A stretch of DNA of 64,000 nucleotides from an uncultured Actinomycetes bacterium. Lineage in GTDB: Bacteria > Actinomycetota > Acidimicrobiia > Spongiisociales > DATADW01. Made by a program: the position numbers and the translations under genes. The notes beneath the pieces were generated by a model. It made no database searches and was not told where the DNA came from. It worked only from the letters and a program-made list of their open reading frames with translations. Where the stretch lies: NCBI GenBank assembly GCA_963824995.1, contig CAWGRK010000004.1, positions 1 to 64,000 of the forward strand. Direction: 5' to 3'. Numbering within the stretch: the stretch's first letter is position 1; each line of letters begins with the position of its first letter. This document shows, one piece after another, positions 51,066-60,933 of the stretch.

Positions 51066-51560
51066 ATGCTGGTCCACGCCCCCACCCACGCGCCTTCCAC
51101 GGTTCCCACCACGTTGCATCGCCGACTCGCCGCTGCCGCGCTGGAGCGAAATGGCATCCGACCAGCGACGCGGCCCCACGCCGAACTGACACCCGGGAAC
51201 CCCGTCACTGCCGGTCGCGCCTGGCTGGAACTCGAAGAGGCGTGGAACGATGACCTTGCATCGGATGCCGACGGCATCGGCGCGGTTACCCCGGGCCGAG
51301 TGGAGGTCTGGCTCGAGGGGCTAAAGCCGGGCACGCCCTACCTCGTGGCCATCGATGTGGTCTGCCTCGTCGGGGCGACCGACGCCCGATTCGACGTGTC
51401 CTCCAGCGCCACCGTGATCAACGCTTTCGGGGTCGAACCACTCGATCGCACCTTGATGGTGGTTGTCGATCCTGCAGACGACCTCGAGGTCGTCATCCTC
51501 GAGCCGCAAAACCTCTCGCTCTGGTCGCTCACCTCGGTGACCGTCGCAGAGGTGAGTTGA
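51066..51560 (+). CDS. Hypothetical protein
   Basis: AGGAG SD, GC3-biased codons, fills the gap between dnaX and the ABC ATPase; no motif recognised. Confidence 0.6.
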   Translation: MLVHAPTHAPSTVPTTLHRRLAAAALERNGIRPATRPHAELTPGNPVTAGRAWLELEEAWNDDLASDADGIGAVTPGRVEVWLEGLKPGTPYLVAIDVVCLVGATDARFDVSSSATVINAFGVEPLDRTLMVVVDPADDLEVVILEPQNLSLWSLTSVTVAEVS

Positions 51561-51566
51561 CCCTGG

Positions 51567-52382
51567 TCAGTTCCGGGGGACTCTTCTCTTTGATCTGTCC
51601 AGGTGGACATGCCACCGCTCGGCCGGTTGGTGCGCCGGATCATCGACCATGATCCTGCCTTCCATAGCGACGATGCGGTGGGCGTAGGCGTCGCTCAGGC
51701 GGTCGGCGGTCAGCACCTCAACCGGAGGGCCTTCGGCTATGACGCGACCAGCCAGAAGGATGACGTGGTCGGCCTGCGAGGCATCGCCGAGGTCGTGCGT
51801 GGTCATGATCACGGTTCGACCTGCGTCGCGCTCGTGACGGACAACCCCGAGAACGATCTCCATCGACACCAGATCTAAACCGGTGAGAGGCTCGTCGAGC
51901 AGTAGCAGGTCGCGATCCTGGGCGAGACCTTGCGCCACGAAAACCCTCTGCCGCTGCCCCCCCGACAGTTCCCCGAGCTGTCGGGTAGCCAGATCGGATA
52001 CCTCAGTTTGCTCCATCGCGGTCTCGACGGCGGTCCGATCGGCCGCTCCAAACCGGCGCACCGTCCCCAGGGAGGCGTAGCGACCCATGGCCACCACCTC
52101 CCGGACCGTCACCGGCAGGGCGCCGTTGACCCTGGTCGATTGGAGTACGTAGGCGGTGCGGGACCGCGACTCGACGGGCGGGTTCCCGAACACGGTCAGG
52201 CTCCCCACGTCGTGGGCGTGCAGACCGGCAACCGCGTTGAGCACGGTGGACTTCCCCGAACCGTTCGGCCCGATCAGAGCCGCCACTGTGCCCTGCTCGA
52301 TGGCGAAGTCGGAAGGTTGGAGGGCGACCCGAGACCGGTAACGGAGTCCGACCGAGCGTGCCTCGACGGCTCTCACTGACAT
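51567..52382 (-). CDS. Metal (Zn/Mn) ABC transporter ATP-binding protein
   Basis: GPNGSGKST, LSGGQRQR, LLLDEP, TTHD; His-rich tail. Confidence 0.92.
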   Translation of the reverse strand: MSVRAVEARSVGLRYRSRVALQPSDFAIEQGTVAALIGPNGSGKSTVLNAVAGLHAHDVGSLTVFGNPPVESRSRTAYVLQSTRVNGALPVTVREVVAMGRYASLGTVRRFGAADRTAVETAMEQTEVSDLATRQLGELSGGQRQRVFVAQGLAQDRDLLLLDEPLTGLDLVSMEIVLGVVRHERDAGRTVIMTTHDLGDASQADHVILLAGRVIAEGPPVEVLTADRLSDAYAHRIVAMEGRIMVDDPAHQPAERWHVHLDRSKRRVPRN

Positions 52383-52825
52383 CGGGCGCAGGTTCCTTCG
52401 ATCTCGAGAGCATGATCGACGATGACGTAGCCGCGCTCGCGGCCCGCCGATTCCGCCAACACCGCAAGAGCCCTCTCGCTGGCCGCATCCAACTCGATAT
52501 CCACCACCTGATTGCAATCGACGCAAACGAGATGGTGATGGTGACCGGTGAGCCATTCGGCCAACTCGAAACGGGCCAGGCCGGCGGCGTCATGGTGCTT
52601 CTGCAGCACTCCGTTGGCGTCGAGTACGGATAGCGATCGGTACAGCGAAGAGAGCGGTACCGACGATCTCAAGGTGCGGTGCAGGTCCGAGGCAGCCTGC
52701 GGCCCCTCTGACTTGTGCAGGGCGCGGACCACTCGACGGCGACCGCTGGTGTAACGGACATCCTTCTCACCCAGATGCCGCTCGACCTGACGGTCGATCT
52801 CCGAGATGTGGGTGATGGGGCTCAA
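52373..52825 (-). CDS. Fur-family regulator (Zur-like)
   Basis: YTSGRR, SSLYRSL, HHHHLVCVDC, GTCARC. Confidence 0.9.
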   Translation of the reverse strand: MSPITHISEIDRQVERHLGEKDVRYTSGRRRVVRALHKSEGPQAASDLHRTLRSSVPLSSLYRSLSVLDANGVLQKHHDAAGLARFELAEWLTGHHHHLVCVDCNQVVDIELDAASERALAVLAESAGRERGYVIVDHALEIEGTCARCQ

Positions 52826-52861
52826 GTCGTGCTCCCGGCCGCTGCTATCGTTCCATCTGCA

Positions 52862-52910
52862 TAGTAGGAGTGATTCTCATTATATGCAAGGGATGAGAAT
52901 CGATATCGAA
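52862..52910. promoter_or_regulatory. Candidate Zur/Fur operator between divergent transcripts
   Basis: AT-rich patch with perfect 9-bp inverted repeat GATTCTCAT (52872-52880) N12 ATGAGAATC (52893-52901). Confidence 0.6.
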
Positions 52911-53852
52911 AAGACAACGACGCTCCTTAGAGGTTGGTCGCTACCGCTTCTGGTTGTCCTCCTTGTTCTGAGCGGCTGTTCCCCGGACGCTCCCGCTGTC
53001 AACACCGATGGGGACCTGATCCAGATCGTCGCCACCACGTCGATCATCGGAGACGTCGTTTCGAACATCGTCGGCGACACCGCCGCGGTCGAAGTCGTGC
53101 TACCGGCGGGCACCGACCCGCACGATTTCGCGCCATCGCCCCAACAGGTGGCGTCGATCAACGACGCCGACCTGGTGGTGGCCAATGGCCTTGGACTCGA
53201 GGAGAGCCTCACCGACATCATCGAAGGCGCCGCCAGCGAGGGGACACCTGTCCTGCGAGTGGCCGAAGGCGTCGACCCCCTCCCGGCTTCGGTGGAAGGG
53301 AACGAGGCGGAAGCCTCCACCGGGGACCCGCATTTCTGGCACGACCCCGACCGAATGGCGGAGGCGATCGACCTCGTTGTCGACGAGCTTTCCGCTCTGG
53401 ATGACTCTGTCGATTGGGCGAGTCAGGCAGCGGATTACCGCGATGATGTAACCGGTGCCGGGGTCGCGGCAGATGAGATCCTGTCCGTGGTTCCGGCCGA
53501 GCGGCGGTCACTCGTCACCAGCCATGACTCACTCGACTACTTCGCCGACCGCTTCGGCTTCGAGGTGGTCGCCACCGTGATACCGGGTGGAGGAACCCTT
53601 GCCGAACCGAGCGGGCAGGAGATCGCAGATCTCGTCGACACCATCGACCAAGCCGGGGTCTCGGCGATCTTCACCGATGCCACCAACCCGACGAATCTGG
53701 CCGAAACAGTCGCCACCGAGGCGGGCCGGGAGATCTCTGTAGTCGAGATCTTCAACGATTCCCTTGGGGAGCCGGGTAGCGGCGCCGAGACCTACCTCGA
53801 GATGATCTTGACCAACGCCGGGCTGGTGGCCGAGGCGCTCTCGGCAAAGTGA
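52893..53852 (+). CDS. Metal ABC transporter substrate-binding lipoprotein (ZnuA/AztC-like); start uncertain
   Basis: LSGC lipobox, DPHDF, NGLGLE, DPHFW, TSHDSLDYF, DSLG. Confidence 0.92.
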   Translation: MRIDIEKTTTLLRGWSLPLLVVLLVLSGCSPDAPAVNTDGDLIQIVATTSIIGDVVSNIVGDTAAVEVVLPAGTDPHDFAPSPQQVASINDADLVVANGLGLEESLTDIIEGAASEGTPVLRVAEGVDPLPASVEGNEAEASTGDPHFWHDPDRMAEAIDLVVDELSALDDSVDWASQAADYRDDVTGAGVAADEILSVVPAERRSLVTSHDSLDYFADRFGFEVVATVIPGGGTLAEPSGQEIADLVDTIDQAGVSAIFTDATNPTNLAETVATEAGREISVVEIFNDSLGEPGSGAETYLEMILTNAGLVAEALSAK

Positions 53853-54697
53853 TGGACTGGATCACCACTCCCCTGTCCGAGCCCTTCATGCAACGCGCTC
53901 TGCTCGGCGGGATCCTCGCTGCGGTCACGACGTCAGTGGTGGGCACCTGGGTGGTGATGCGCGGATTGAGCTTCATGGGAGACGCTCTGGCTCACGGCGT
54001 CCTTCCTGGCATCGCCCTCGCCGTCGTTGTCGGCTTCAACGTGACGCTCGGGGCAATTCTCTCGGCGCTGGTGATGATCGGTGGGATCAACCTGGTGCAC
54101 CGCCGCTCCCGGCTCTCCGAGGACGCCGGGATCGGCCTCCTCTTCGTCGGGATGCTCGCCCTCGGGGTGATAATCATCTCCAGGGCAGGGTCCTATGCCG
54201 GGAGTCTCAGCGGGATCCTGTTCGGTGATGCTCTCGGTGTGACCACTGGCGACCTTGTCTTGATAGCCATTGGGACCGTGCTGGCGCTGGCAGCATCGGT
54301 GACCTTCTACCGGCCCTTCCTCGCCCTTGCATTCAACGAGCAGAAGGCGGAGGTGCTCGGGCTCAACCCCGCAATGGCCAATGCACTGCTCCTGGCGCTG
54401 ATCACCCTGGCGGTGGTCACGTCATTCCGAACCGTCGGCTCCCTCCTCGTCTTCGGTCTGTTGGTGGCCCCCCCGGCCACGGCCGCTCTGATCTCGAGGA
54501 GAGTCCCGGTGATGATGGTGGTGGCAGCAGCGATCGGGATATTGGCGGTGCTCGTCGGGCTGCTCATCAGTTGGTATGCCGGCACCGCCGCCGGCGCCAC
54601 CATGGCGGGGGTGGCGGTCGCCTTCTTCTTCGTGGTCCTGGTTGGTCGCGATCTGGTCGCAGGCTTCGGTGACCGGTCGGTGCCGGCCCGACCGTAG
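53849..54697 (+). CDS. Metal ABC transporter permease (ZnuB/AztB-like)
   Basis: FMQRAL, FMGDALAHGVLPG, SEDAGIG, LFGD. Confidence 0.92.
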   Translation: MMDWITTPLSEPFMQRALLGGILAAVTTSVVGTWVVMRGLSFMGDALAHGVLPGIALAVVVGFNVTLGAILSALVMIGGINLVHRRSRLSEDAGIGLLFVGMLALGVIIISRAGSYAGSLSGILFGDALGVTTGDLVLIAIGTVLALAASVTFYRPFLALAFNEQKAEVLGLNPAMANALLLALITLAVVTSFRTVGSLLVFGLLVAPPATAALISRRVPVMMVVAAAIGILAVLVGLLISWYAGTAAGATMAGVAVAFFFVVLVGRDLVAGFGDRSVPARP

Positions 54698-54706
54698 GCT
54701 TGCGGG

Positions 54707-55261
54707 GTGCGGCTCGGAATCGACCTCGACGGAGTCGTCGCCGACTTCAACTCCGGCTGGGTCACCCGGTACAACGAGGATTTCGGCACCGACATCCCGC
54801 TCGACGCCATGAGGGCGTGGAACGGCATACCGTCATTGACCCACTTCCGGGACATGGGCGAGTTCTGGCGGTGGGCCCGCGACCACGGCGGCCATTCGAT
54901 GTTCCGGCATCTGGAGACCTACCCCGGCGCGGTGGAAACGCTGTCGGATCTGCGGCGCAAGGGTCACGACGTCGTGATCCTGACCTCGAAGCCGAACTGG
55001 GCGGTGCATGACACCTTCGCCTGGATCGCCGACCACCAGCTTCCCACGAGAGAAGTCCACATCCTCGACGAGAAGTGGCGAGTTCCCTGTGACCTCTATC
55101 TCGACGATGCGCCCCATGTCGTGTGGCAGTTGCACCGCTCCCGTCCGGAAGCAGTTGTGTGCCGCTTCGTCAGGCCATGGAACCAGCCGGTGACCGGCAC
55201 GGTCGATGTGCACGGCTGGGAGGATTTCAGCGAGGTGGTCGAGGAGTTGGCGGCACGCTGA
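54707..55261 (+). CDS. HAD-family 5'(3')-deoxyribonucleotidase (NT5C-like)
   Basis: IDLDGVVADF, YPGAVETL, ILTSK, YLDDAP, RPWN. Confidence 0.8.
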   Translation: MRLGIDLDGVVADFNSGWVTRYNEDFGTDIPLDAMRAWNGIPSLTHFRDMGEFWRWARDHGGHSMFRHLETYPGAVETLSDLRRKGHDVVILTSKPNWAVHDTFAWIADHQLPTREVHILDEKWRVPCDLYLDDAPHVVWQLHRSRPEAVVCRFVRPWNQPVTGTVDVHGWEDFSEVVEELAAR

Positions 55262-55278
55262 GGGCGTCGCCCGGTCGT

Positions 55279-57188
55279 TCAACAGGTCGAGTGCCCGCAC
55301 GAGTGGCACTTGCCGCAAGCCTCGGCGAACTCGAACGAGGGCTGGCCGCACACCGGACAGACCTCGAGCACGCTCTGGCCTCGTTGGGGCGGAATCGGAT
55401 GGTGGTCTTCCGCCGGCCAGCTCTCGGTCATCTGGGGTGCCGACCCTTCCACCGTGCCGAGATCGGTGCCCGATGGTGTACCCCGGTTGAGCACCTGCCA
55501 GGTCTTGGACCCGTCCCGGTAGACGGTTATCCCCTTCAAGCCGAGATCGGCGGCCAGCAGGTAGACCCGCCTGACGTCCTCGACGGTGGCATCTCGGGGA
55601 AGGTTGATCGTCTTCGACACGGCGTTGTCCACGTGACGCTGGAAAGCGGCCTGGTGGCGAACGTGCCAATCGGCGCCGAGGTCGTGGGCGGTTACGAAGA
55701 CACGCTGGATCGGCTCGGGGACCGCGTGGATTCCACGCACGCCGCCGCGAGCCGTCACCGCTGCGGACAGTTCCTCGGACCAGACACCGGCTTGCTCGGC
55801 GGCGCGTCGGAAGAGGGGATGGACCTCCGGCAACACCCGCCCATCGAGCACCTTGCGGTGGTACACAAGGGCGAAGAGGGGCTCTATCCCCGACGACGTG
55901 CCGGCGATGATCGAGATCGTGCCTGTTGGTGCGATCGTGGTCCGTGTGGCGTTCCGCATGGGTCGGTCCCAACCTGAGGGCCCGTACACCGACCGCTCCC
56001 AGTTGGGAAACGATCCCCGCTCCCCGGCCAATCGCTCCGAGGCCAGGTCGGCTCGCTCCTGGATGAAGCCCATGACTTCGGATGCGAGACCGACGGCCTC
56101 GTCCGAGTCGTACGCCATGCCGAGAGAGATGAGCAGATCCGCCCATCCCATGACACCGAGCCCGATCTTGCGGTTGCCGTGCTTGTGGATTCGCTCGATC
56201 TCCTCCACCGGGTAGCGGGAGCGCTCCACGGCATCGTCGAGGAACCTCACCGCCAATTCGACGGTGTCACCCAGCCTCTCCCACTCGATCCCATCCGTCC
56301 CCGCAAAGTGGTCGAGGTTCACCGACCCGAGCACACACGCCTCAAAGGGCAGAAGCGGTTGTTCGCCACATGGATTGGTTGCCTCGATCTGCCCGAGGTC
56401 GGGGGTGGGGTTGGTCCGTGGCTCGTTGATCCGGTCGAGGAAGATGATCCCGGGATCACCGGTCGCCCATGCCGCCTGGCAGATCTGGTCGAGGACGTCA
56501 CCTGCACCGAGCGAGCCGGCCTTCTCACCGGTTCGCGGGCTGATCAGGTCGTAAACGGCACCGGTGGCCGCCTGCTCCATCCATTCTTCGGTGACACCGA
56601 CCGAGATGTTGAAGTTGGTTATCCCGCCCTCGATCTTGGCGTTGACGAATTCGAGGATGTCGGGGTGGGTGACATCGAGGATCCCCATGTTGGCCCCGCG
56701 CCGGAACGAGCCCTGCTTGATGTGCTCGGTCGCCGAGTCGTAGACCTCGAGAAACGAAACCGGTCCAGATGAGACGCCCATAGTCGTTTTCGACCACGTC
56801 GTTACGTGGGCGGAGGTGGGAGAAGGAGAACCCGGTACCGCCACCCGATTGGTGCACCTTTGCCGCCAGCTTGAGCGTGTCGAAGATCGAGTCGAGCGAA
56901 TCGTGGATGGGGAGCACGAAGCAGGCGGCTAGCTGCTCGAGGTCCCGCCCGGCGTTCATCAGAGTGGGCGAGTTGGGAAGGAAGTCGAGCAGCCGCCATC
57001 GACCGATAGAACCGCTCTGCCCAAGGCGCGGCGTCGCCTCCCCAGACCTCCTCGGCGGCGGCGACGTCGGTGGCCACCCGCCGGAACAGATCCTCAGCGG
57101 ACTCAATCGGCATTCCAGTCTCGTCGCGGAGGAGGTAGCGGGTTTCGAGGACGGTCTGGGCGTTGGCGGTGAGGTCAGGTCCCGGCAC
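55279..57188 (-). CDS. nrdJ: Class II (AdoCbl-dependent) ribonucleotide reductase; frameshifts near 57000 and 56790
   Basis: [74 protein letters not shown], terminal [16 protein letters not shown]. Confidence 0.92.
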
Positions 57189-57302
57189 CGTCACCGATGG
57201 TAGGCAACGCCCCGACAGTCCAGCTCGGACAAGAACGGCTGGAACCGTCGGGCCGTCATCACCCGTCCAACCGGACGACCCGCCGACCGAGGAGATGGCG
57301 TG

Positions 57303-58367
57303 ATGAACCGGACCTCTCGACCCAGATGGCTCTTCGTGATGGGATCTGTTGCGGCGCTGCTCGCCCTCGGTGCCGCCCCCGCCCTGGCATGCGGCGGTCT
57401 CGTCGGGGAGAACGGCACCATCGAATTGGTACGGACCACGACACTGGCCGCATACAGCGATGGGGTGGAGCGCTACGTGACCGCCTTCGAGTTCACAGGG
57501 GAGGGCAAGGAAGTGGGCTCGATCATCCCGCTCCCCGATGTGCCGACGAAGGTGCAGCGGGGCGGCGACTGGACGCTGCAACGACTCGCACTCGAGGTAG
57601 CGCCGGCGCGCCTCGCGGCGGAGCAGACATTCGCTGCCGCCGCCGACGGTGGCGCCGAGGTCATCCTCGAGGTGGAGATCGACGCTCTCGACATCACCGT
57701 ACTGCGCGGGGGTGGCGACGAGGTTGGGGCATGGGCGACGGAGAACGGGTTCTTCCTCAGCCCCGACGCTCCCGAGATACTCGACTTCTACGCCCGGCGG
57801 AGCCCGGTGTTCATGGCTGCTCGATTCAACGCCGAGCGGGCCGCCGAGCTTGCCCAGGAGCCGGGCGACAGCACCCCGATCATGGCGACCATCCCCACCG
57901 ACGATCCTTGGGTGCCTATTCGCATCCTGGGCCTCGGCGCCCAGCCGGAAGACCGCATCGAGGCCGACGTCTTCCTGCTCACCGAGACCGAGCCAGACCT
58001 CCTGGCCGGCGGAACCGGGCTGACCCTCAACCGCAGCGAAGAAGCCAATCGCCCGCTTCTCGACGATCTCCGCTCCGACGCCGGGATGAAGTGGCTCCCG
58101 GGCGACATGTGGCTCTCGTACCTGACTCTTGACGCTCCGGCGAGCGAACTCGACTACGACCTCGCCGTGTCCGCCACCCCTGGGGCCGTCGCAGATTTCG
58201 TCGACACCGGGGTCGCCGCTCCCGAGTCACTCTCCGTCGGGAGTGATCAGCCCGGCCTTCCCCGCTGGCCGATCTATGCCGGATTGGGGGTTGGTATGAC
58301 CGCACTGGCTGCCGGAGTGTGGTGGACCCGCCGGCATCACTTGGATCCGAGGGGCGCAATCACATGA
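57303..58367 (+). CDS. DUF2330-like secreted protein with C-terminal membrane anchor
   Basis: Signal peptide ending ALA-CGGL, IIPLPDVP, WATENGF, PWVPIRIL; C-terminal TM followed by RRHH. Confidence 0.65.
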   Translation: MNRTSRPRWLFVMGSVAALLALGAAPALACGGLVGENGTIELVRTTTLAAYSDGVERYVTAFEFTGEGKEVGSIIPLPDVPTKVQRGGDWTLQRLALEVAPARLAAEQTFAAAADGGAEVILEVEIDALDITVLRGGGDEVGAWATENGFFLSPDAPEILDFYARRSPVFMAARFNAERAAELAQEPGDSTPIMATIPTDDPWVPIRILGLGAQPEDRIEADVFLLTETEPDLLAGGTGLTLNRSEEANRPLLDDLRSDAGMKWLPGDMWLSYLTLDAPASELDYDLAVSATPGAVADFVDTGVAAPESLSVGSDQPGLPRWPIYAGLGVGMTALAAGVWWTRRHHLDPRGAIT

Positions 58368-58816
58368 GTCGGCGCCGTCGGACGCTCCTGATCGTGGTCC
58401 CACTCGTCGCCATGGCGATGGTCACAGGGGTCGGTTACGCCTTCGCCGGACGGGCTGAGAGCCGAACCCTTGGGCCTGGTGATGTCACCGTCCAGATCGA
58501 TGTCCACCACTCCCGATTCGAGCCCGACCATCTGACCGTGGTCGAGGGAACCCGGGTGCGGTTTCTCGTGGTAAACGATGACCCCATCCACCACGAACTG
58601 ATCACCGGGGGACCCGAAGTCCACATCCGTCACTCCAAGGGAACGGAAAAGGAGCACCCGTCGATCCCGGGCGAGGTCTCGGTTGACCCGAACGGCCGCG
58701 CCATCACCACCTTCACCTTCGACGAATCGGGCAGCTTCGAGTTCGCCTGCCATCTCCCCGGCCACTACGAGTACGGGATGAAGGGGACGATCGAGGTGGT
58801 GCCCGCCATCCCCTGA
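58364..58816 (+). CDS. Exported cupredoxin (plastocyanin/CopI-like)
   Basis: Signal peptide; FEPD.LTV..G..VRF.V.NDD..HE, FACHLPGHYEYGMKGTI type-1 Cu motif; ATGA coupling to the upstream gene. Confidence 0.88.
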   Translation: MSRRRRTLLIVVPLVAMAMVTGVGYAFAGRAESRTLGPGDVTVQIDVHHSRFEPDHLTVVEGTRVRFLVVNDDPIHHELITGGPEVHIRHSKGTEKEHPSIPGEVSVDPNGRAITTFTFDESGSFEFACHLPGHYEYGMKGTIEVVPAIP

Positions 58817-58864
58817 TCGGCCCTTCGAGGGACCGCCGTCGATCCTCCCCGATACGATCGGTCC

Positions 58865-59869
58865 ATGGCCGACCCCTTCCTCCGGCTGACCCGCGAGCGA
58901 CGGGAGGAGCAGGAGGGCGAATTGCTCGCCCCAGCCGCCACGCTCGCTGTGAACAGTTCGGGGCGAGCGGTCGATGAGCCCCCCGACGAATACCGCACTT
59001 CGTTCCAGCGGGACAGGGACCGAATCCTCCACTCCAAGGCGTTCCGACGGCTCAAGCACAAGACCCAGGTCTTCATCAACCCCGAGGACGACCATTTCGT
59101 CACCCGATCGACCCACACGCTCCAGGTGACCCAGGTCGGACGTGCATTGGCGGCGGCGCTCGGTCTCAATGAGGATCTGACCGAGGCGATCTGCCTCGGC
59201 CACGACGTCGGCCACTCACCTTTCGGGCATACCGGGGAGGAGGCGCTGACCCCATACGTCGAGGGAGAGTGGCTCCACGCACCACAAAGCGTGCGGGTGC
59301 TCGCCGTGCTCGAACCGCTGAATCTCACCGATGAGGTGCTCGATGGGATCGGCGCCCACTCTTGGAGGATCGAGCCCCCGCCTCGGACCGCCGAGGGTCT
59401 CGTATGCCGGTTCGCCGACCGCATCGCCTATCTCACCCATGACGTCGAGGACGCCGTTCGGGCCGGTGTGATCGCCGTGTCCGACCTCCCCGAGGCGGCT
59501 ACATCGATCTTTGGAGCGCCGGGGCGGGATTGGATCGACAGCATGATCACTGCGGTGCTCGACGAGTCGCTGCGATGTGGCCGGATCGCCATGGATCCCG
59601 GCGTGTTGGAGCCGATGCACGCACTCCGTTCCTTCATGTTCGAACGGGTCTATCTCCGCCCTGAGTCGGAACGGCAGCGGGTCGGGGCGGTCCACCTGAT
59701 CAGGGATTTGGTAGACCACTTCATCGTCCGCCCCGATGAGATCCCAGAGACCTACCGCCAGGACGATGCAGACGACGTGACCAGGGCGATCGACTACGTG
59801 GCGGGGATGACCGACCGGTTCGCCCTCCGCCTCCACGACGAGCTATTCCGCCCAGAAGGCATCGCCTAG
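58865..59869 (+). CDS. dgt: HD-domain dNTP (dGTP) triphosphohydrolase
   Basis: FQRDRDRILHSKAFRRLKHKTQVF, HDVGHSPFGH.GE, ADRIAY..HDVED, DYVAGMTD. Confidence 0.92.
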   Translation: MADPFLRLTRERREEQEGELLAPAATLAVNSSGRAVDEPPDEYRTSFQRDRDRILHSKAFRRLKHKTQVFINPEDDHFVTRSTHTLQVTQVGRALAAALGLNEDLTEAICLGHDVGHSPFGHTGEEALTPYVEGEWLHAPQSVRVLAVLEPLNLTDEVLDGIGAHSWRIEPPPRTAEGLVCRFADRIAYLTHDVEDAVRAGVIAVSDLPEAATSIFGAPGRDWIDSMITAVLDESLRCGRIAMDPGVLEPMHALRSFMFERVYLRPESERQRVGAVHLIRDLVDHFIVRPDEIPETYRQDDADDVTRAIDYVAGMTDRFALRLHDELFRPEGIA

Positions 59870-60522
59870 TAGTCGGTGGGGATCCCTCTCAGATCGGAGG
59901 TGGACCAGGGGACGGGTTGCCCCCAGCGGTCTGCGTAGACGACCTCTTCGGCCGGGCGTCGCCTTGCCGGTCCCCACCTTCCCGTGGGGTATCCGGCGGA
60001 GATCGCGGCGGCCAGCATCCAACCCTTGTCTGCGGGAATCCCCAAGGCCTCGAATGTCGCCTGAGGCTCAAAGATCCCGAGAACCGTGGTCAGGCAGGTC
60101 CCGATCCCGAGGCCGCGCCCGGCGAGCATCAGACTCCAGACTGCCGGGTAGATCGATGCCCCGGTCGGATCGTTGCGGCTCACCGCCATGAACCACAGGG
60201 GCACTTGCTCGAAGTTCTCCGCCAGCCAGTTCGCCGATCGCATCACCTTCAGGGTGGCTTCATCGCCGACCCGGGCCGCTTCCTCGACCCTTCCCCGATA
60301 GACCGTGCCGTTGAGTTGCTCCCAAGCCCTCCGGTAGATGGGACCCAAGACCCTGCGGATTGCCGGGTCGCTCACCGTGATGAACCGCCAGTTCTGGCTG
60401 TTGCCACCGGAAGGAGCGCGGATTGCAGCGTCCATCATCGCCGCCACCGCTTCCTCGGGTATCGGGTCGGGACGCACCCTCCGCATCGCCCGGGTCGTAT
60501 ACAGCGCCTCGGTCAACTCCAC
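59866..60522 (-). CDS. Nitroreductase family protein
   Basis: TTRAMRR, APSGGNSQNWRF, ASIYPAV..LMLA.R..G.G, GYP. Confidence 0.9.
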   Translation of the reverse strand: MELTEALYTTRAMRRVRPDPIPEEAVAAMMDAAIRAPSGGNSQNWRFITVSDPAIRRVLGPIYRRAWEQLNGTVYRGRVEEAARVGDEATLKVMRSANWLAENFEQVPLWFMAVSRNDPTGASIYPAVWSLMLAGRGLGIGTCLTTVLGIFEPQATFEALGIPADKGWMLAAAISAGYPTGRWGPARRRPAEEVVYADRWGQPVPWSTSDLRGIPTDY

Positions 60523-60582
60523 TCCGCCCTCCTCGTCGGGGACCGATTCCTACCATCGCTCCCACCACTGTCAGGAGTAGCG

Positions 60583-60801
60583 ATGACCGAGAGCATCACG
60601 CGCGGCGCCATAAAGGTGATCGAGGTGATCGGAGTGTCCGACACCAGTTGGGAGGACGCCGCCAAGCAGGCGGTGGCCAAGGCGGCGGAGACCATCGACG
60701 CGATCACCGGCATCGAGGTCCTCCGCTGGACGGCGCGGATCTCGGAGGGCCGAATCGTCCAATACAACGCCGACGTCAAGCTCGCCTTCATCGTGAGATA
60801 G
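60583..60801 (+). CDS. Dodecin (flavin-binding)
   Basis: KVIEVIGVS..SWEDAA..AV..A..Y...VKLAF; AGGAG SD. Confidence 0.9.
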   Translation: MTESITRGAIKVIEVIGVSDTSWEDAAKQAVAKAAETIDAITGIEVLRWTARISEGRIVQYNADVKLAFIVR

Positions 60802-60933
60802 GTGAGCGTATGCCTCCCCCAGTGAGGTGTCGCATCGCGCGACAGGGGCGACACCGGAGGTCATGGGAGCAGCTTGGGGTTGGGGGTCATGATCTCGGAG
60901 GGGGTGACCGGTTCGTCCGCCGTCGGCGGTGCT

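Noticed and set aside
58865..59869. dGTPase as an anti-phage defence system
   Set aside because: Looks like the short housekeeping Dgt type with no defence-island context.
60802..60870. Possible selenoprotein: GTG..C-L-P-Q-TGA followed by a GGTGTCGC/GCGACACC hairpin
   Set aside because: The downstream frame is antisense to the nuclease gene with no recognisable protein; the hairpin is better explained as a terminator between convergent genes.
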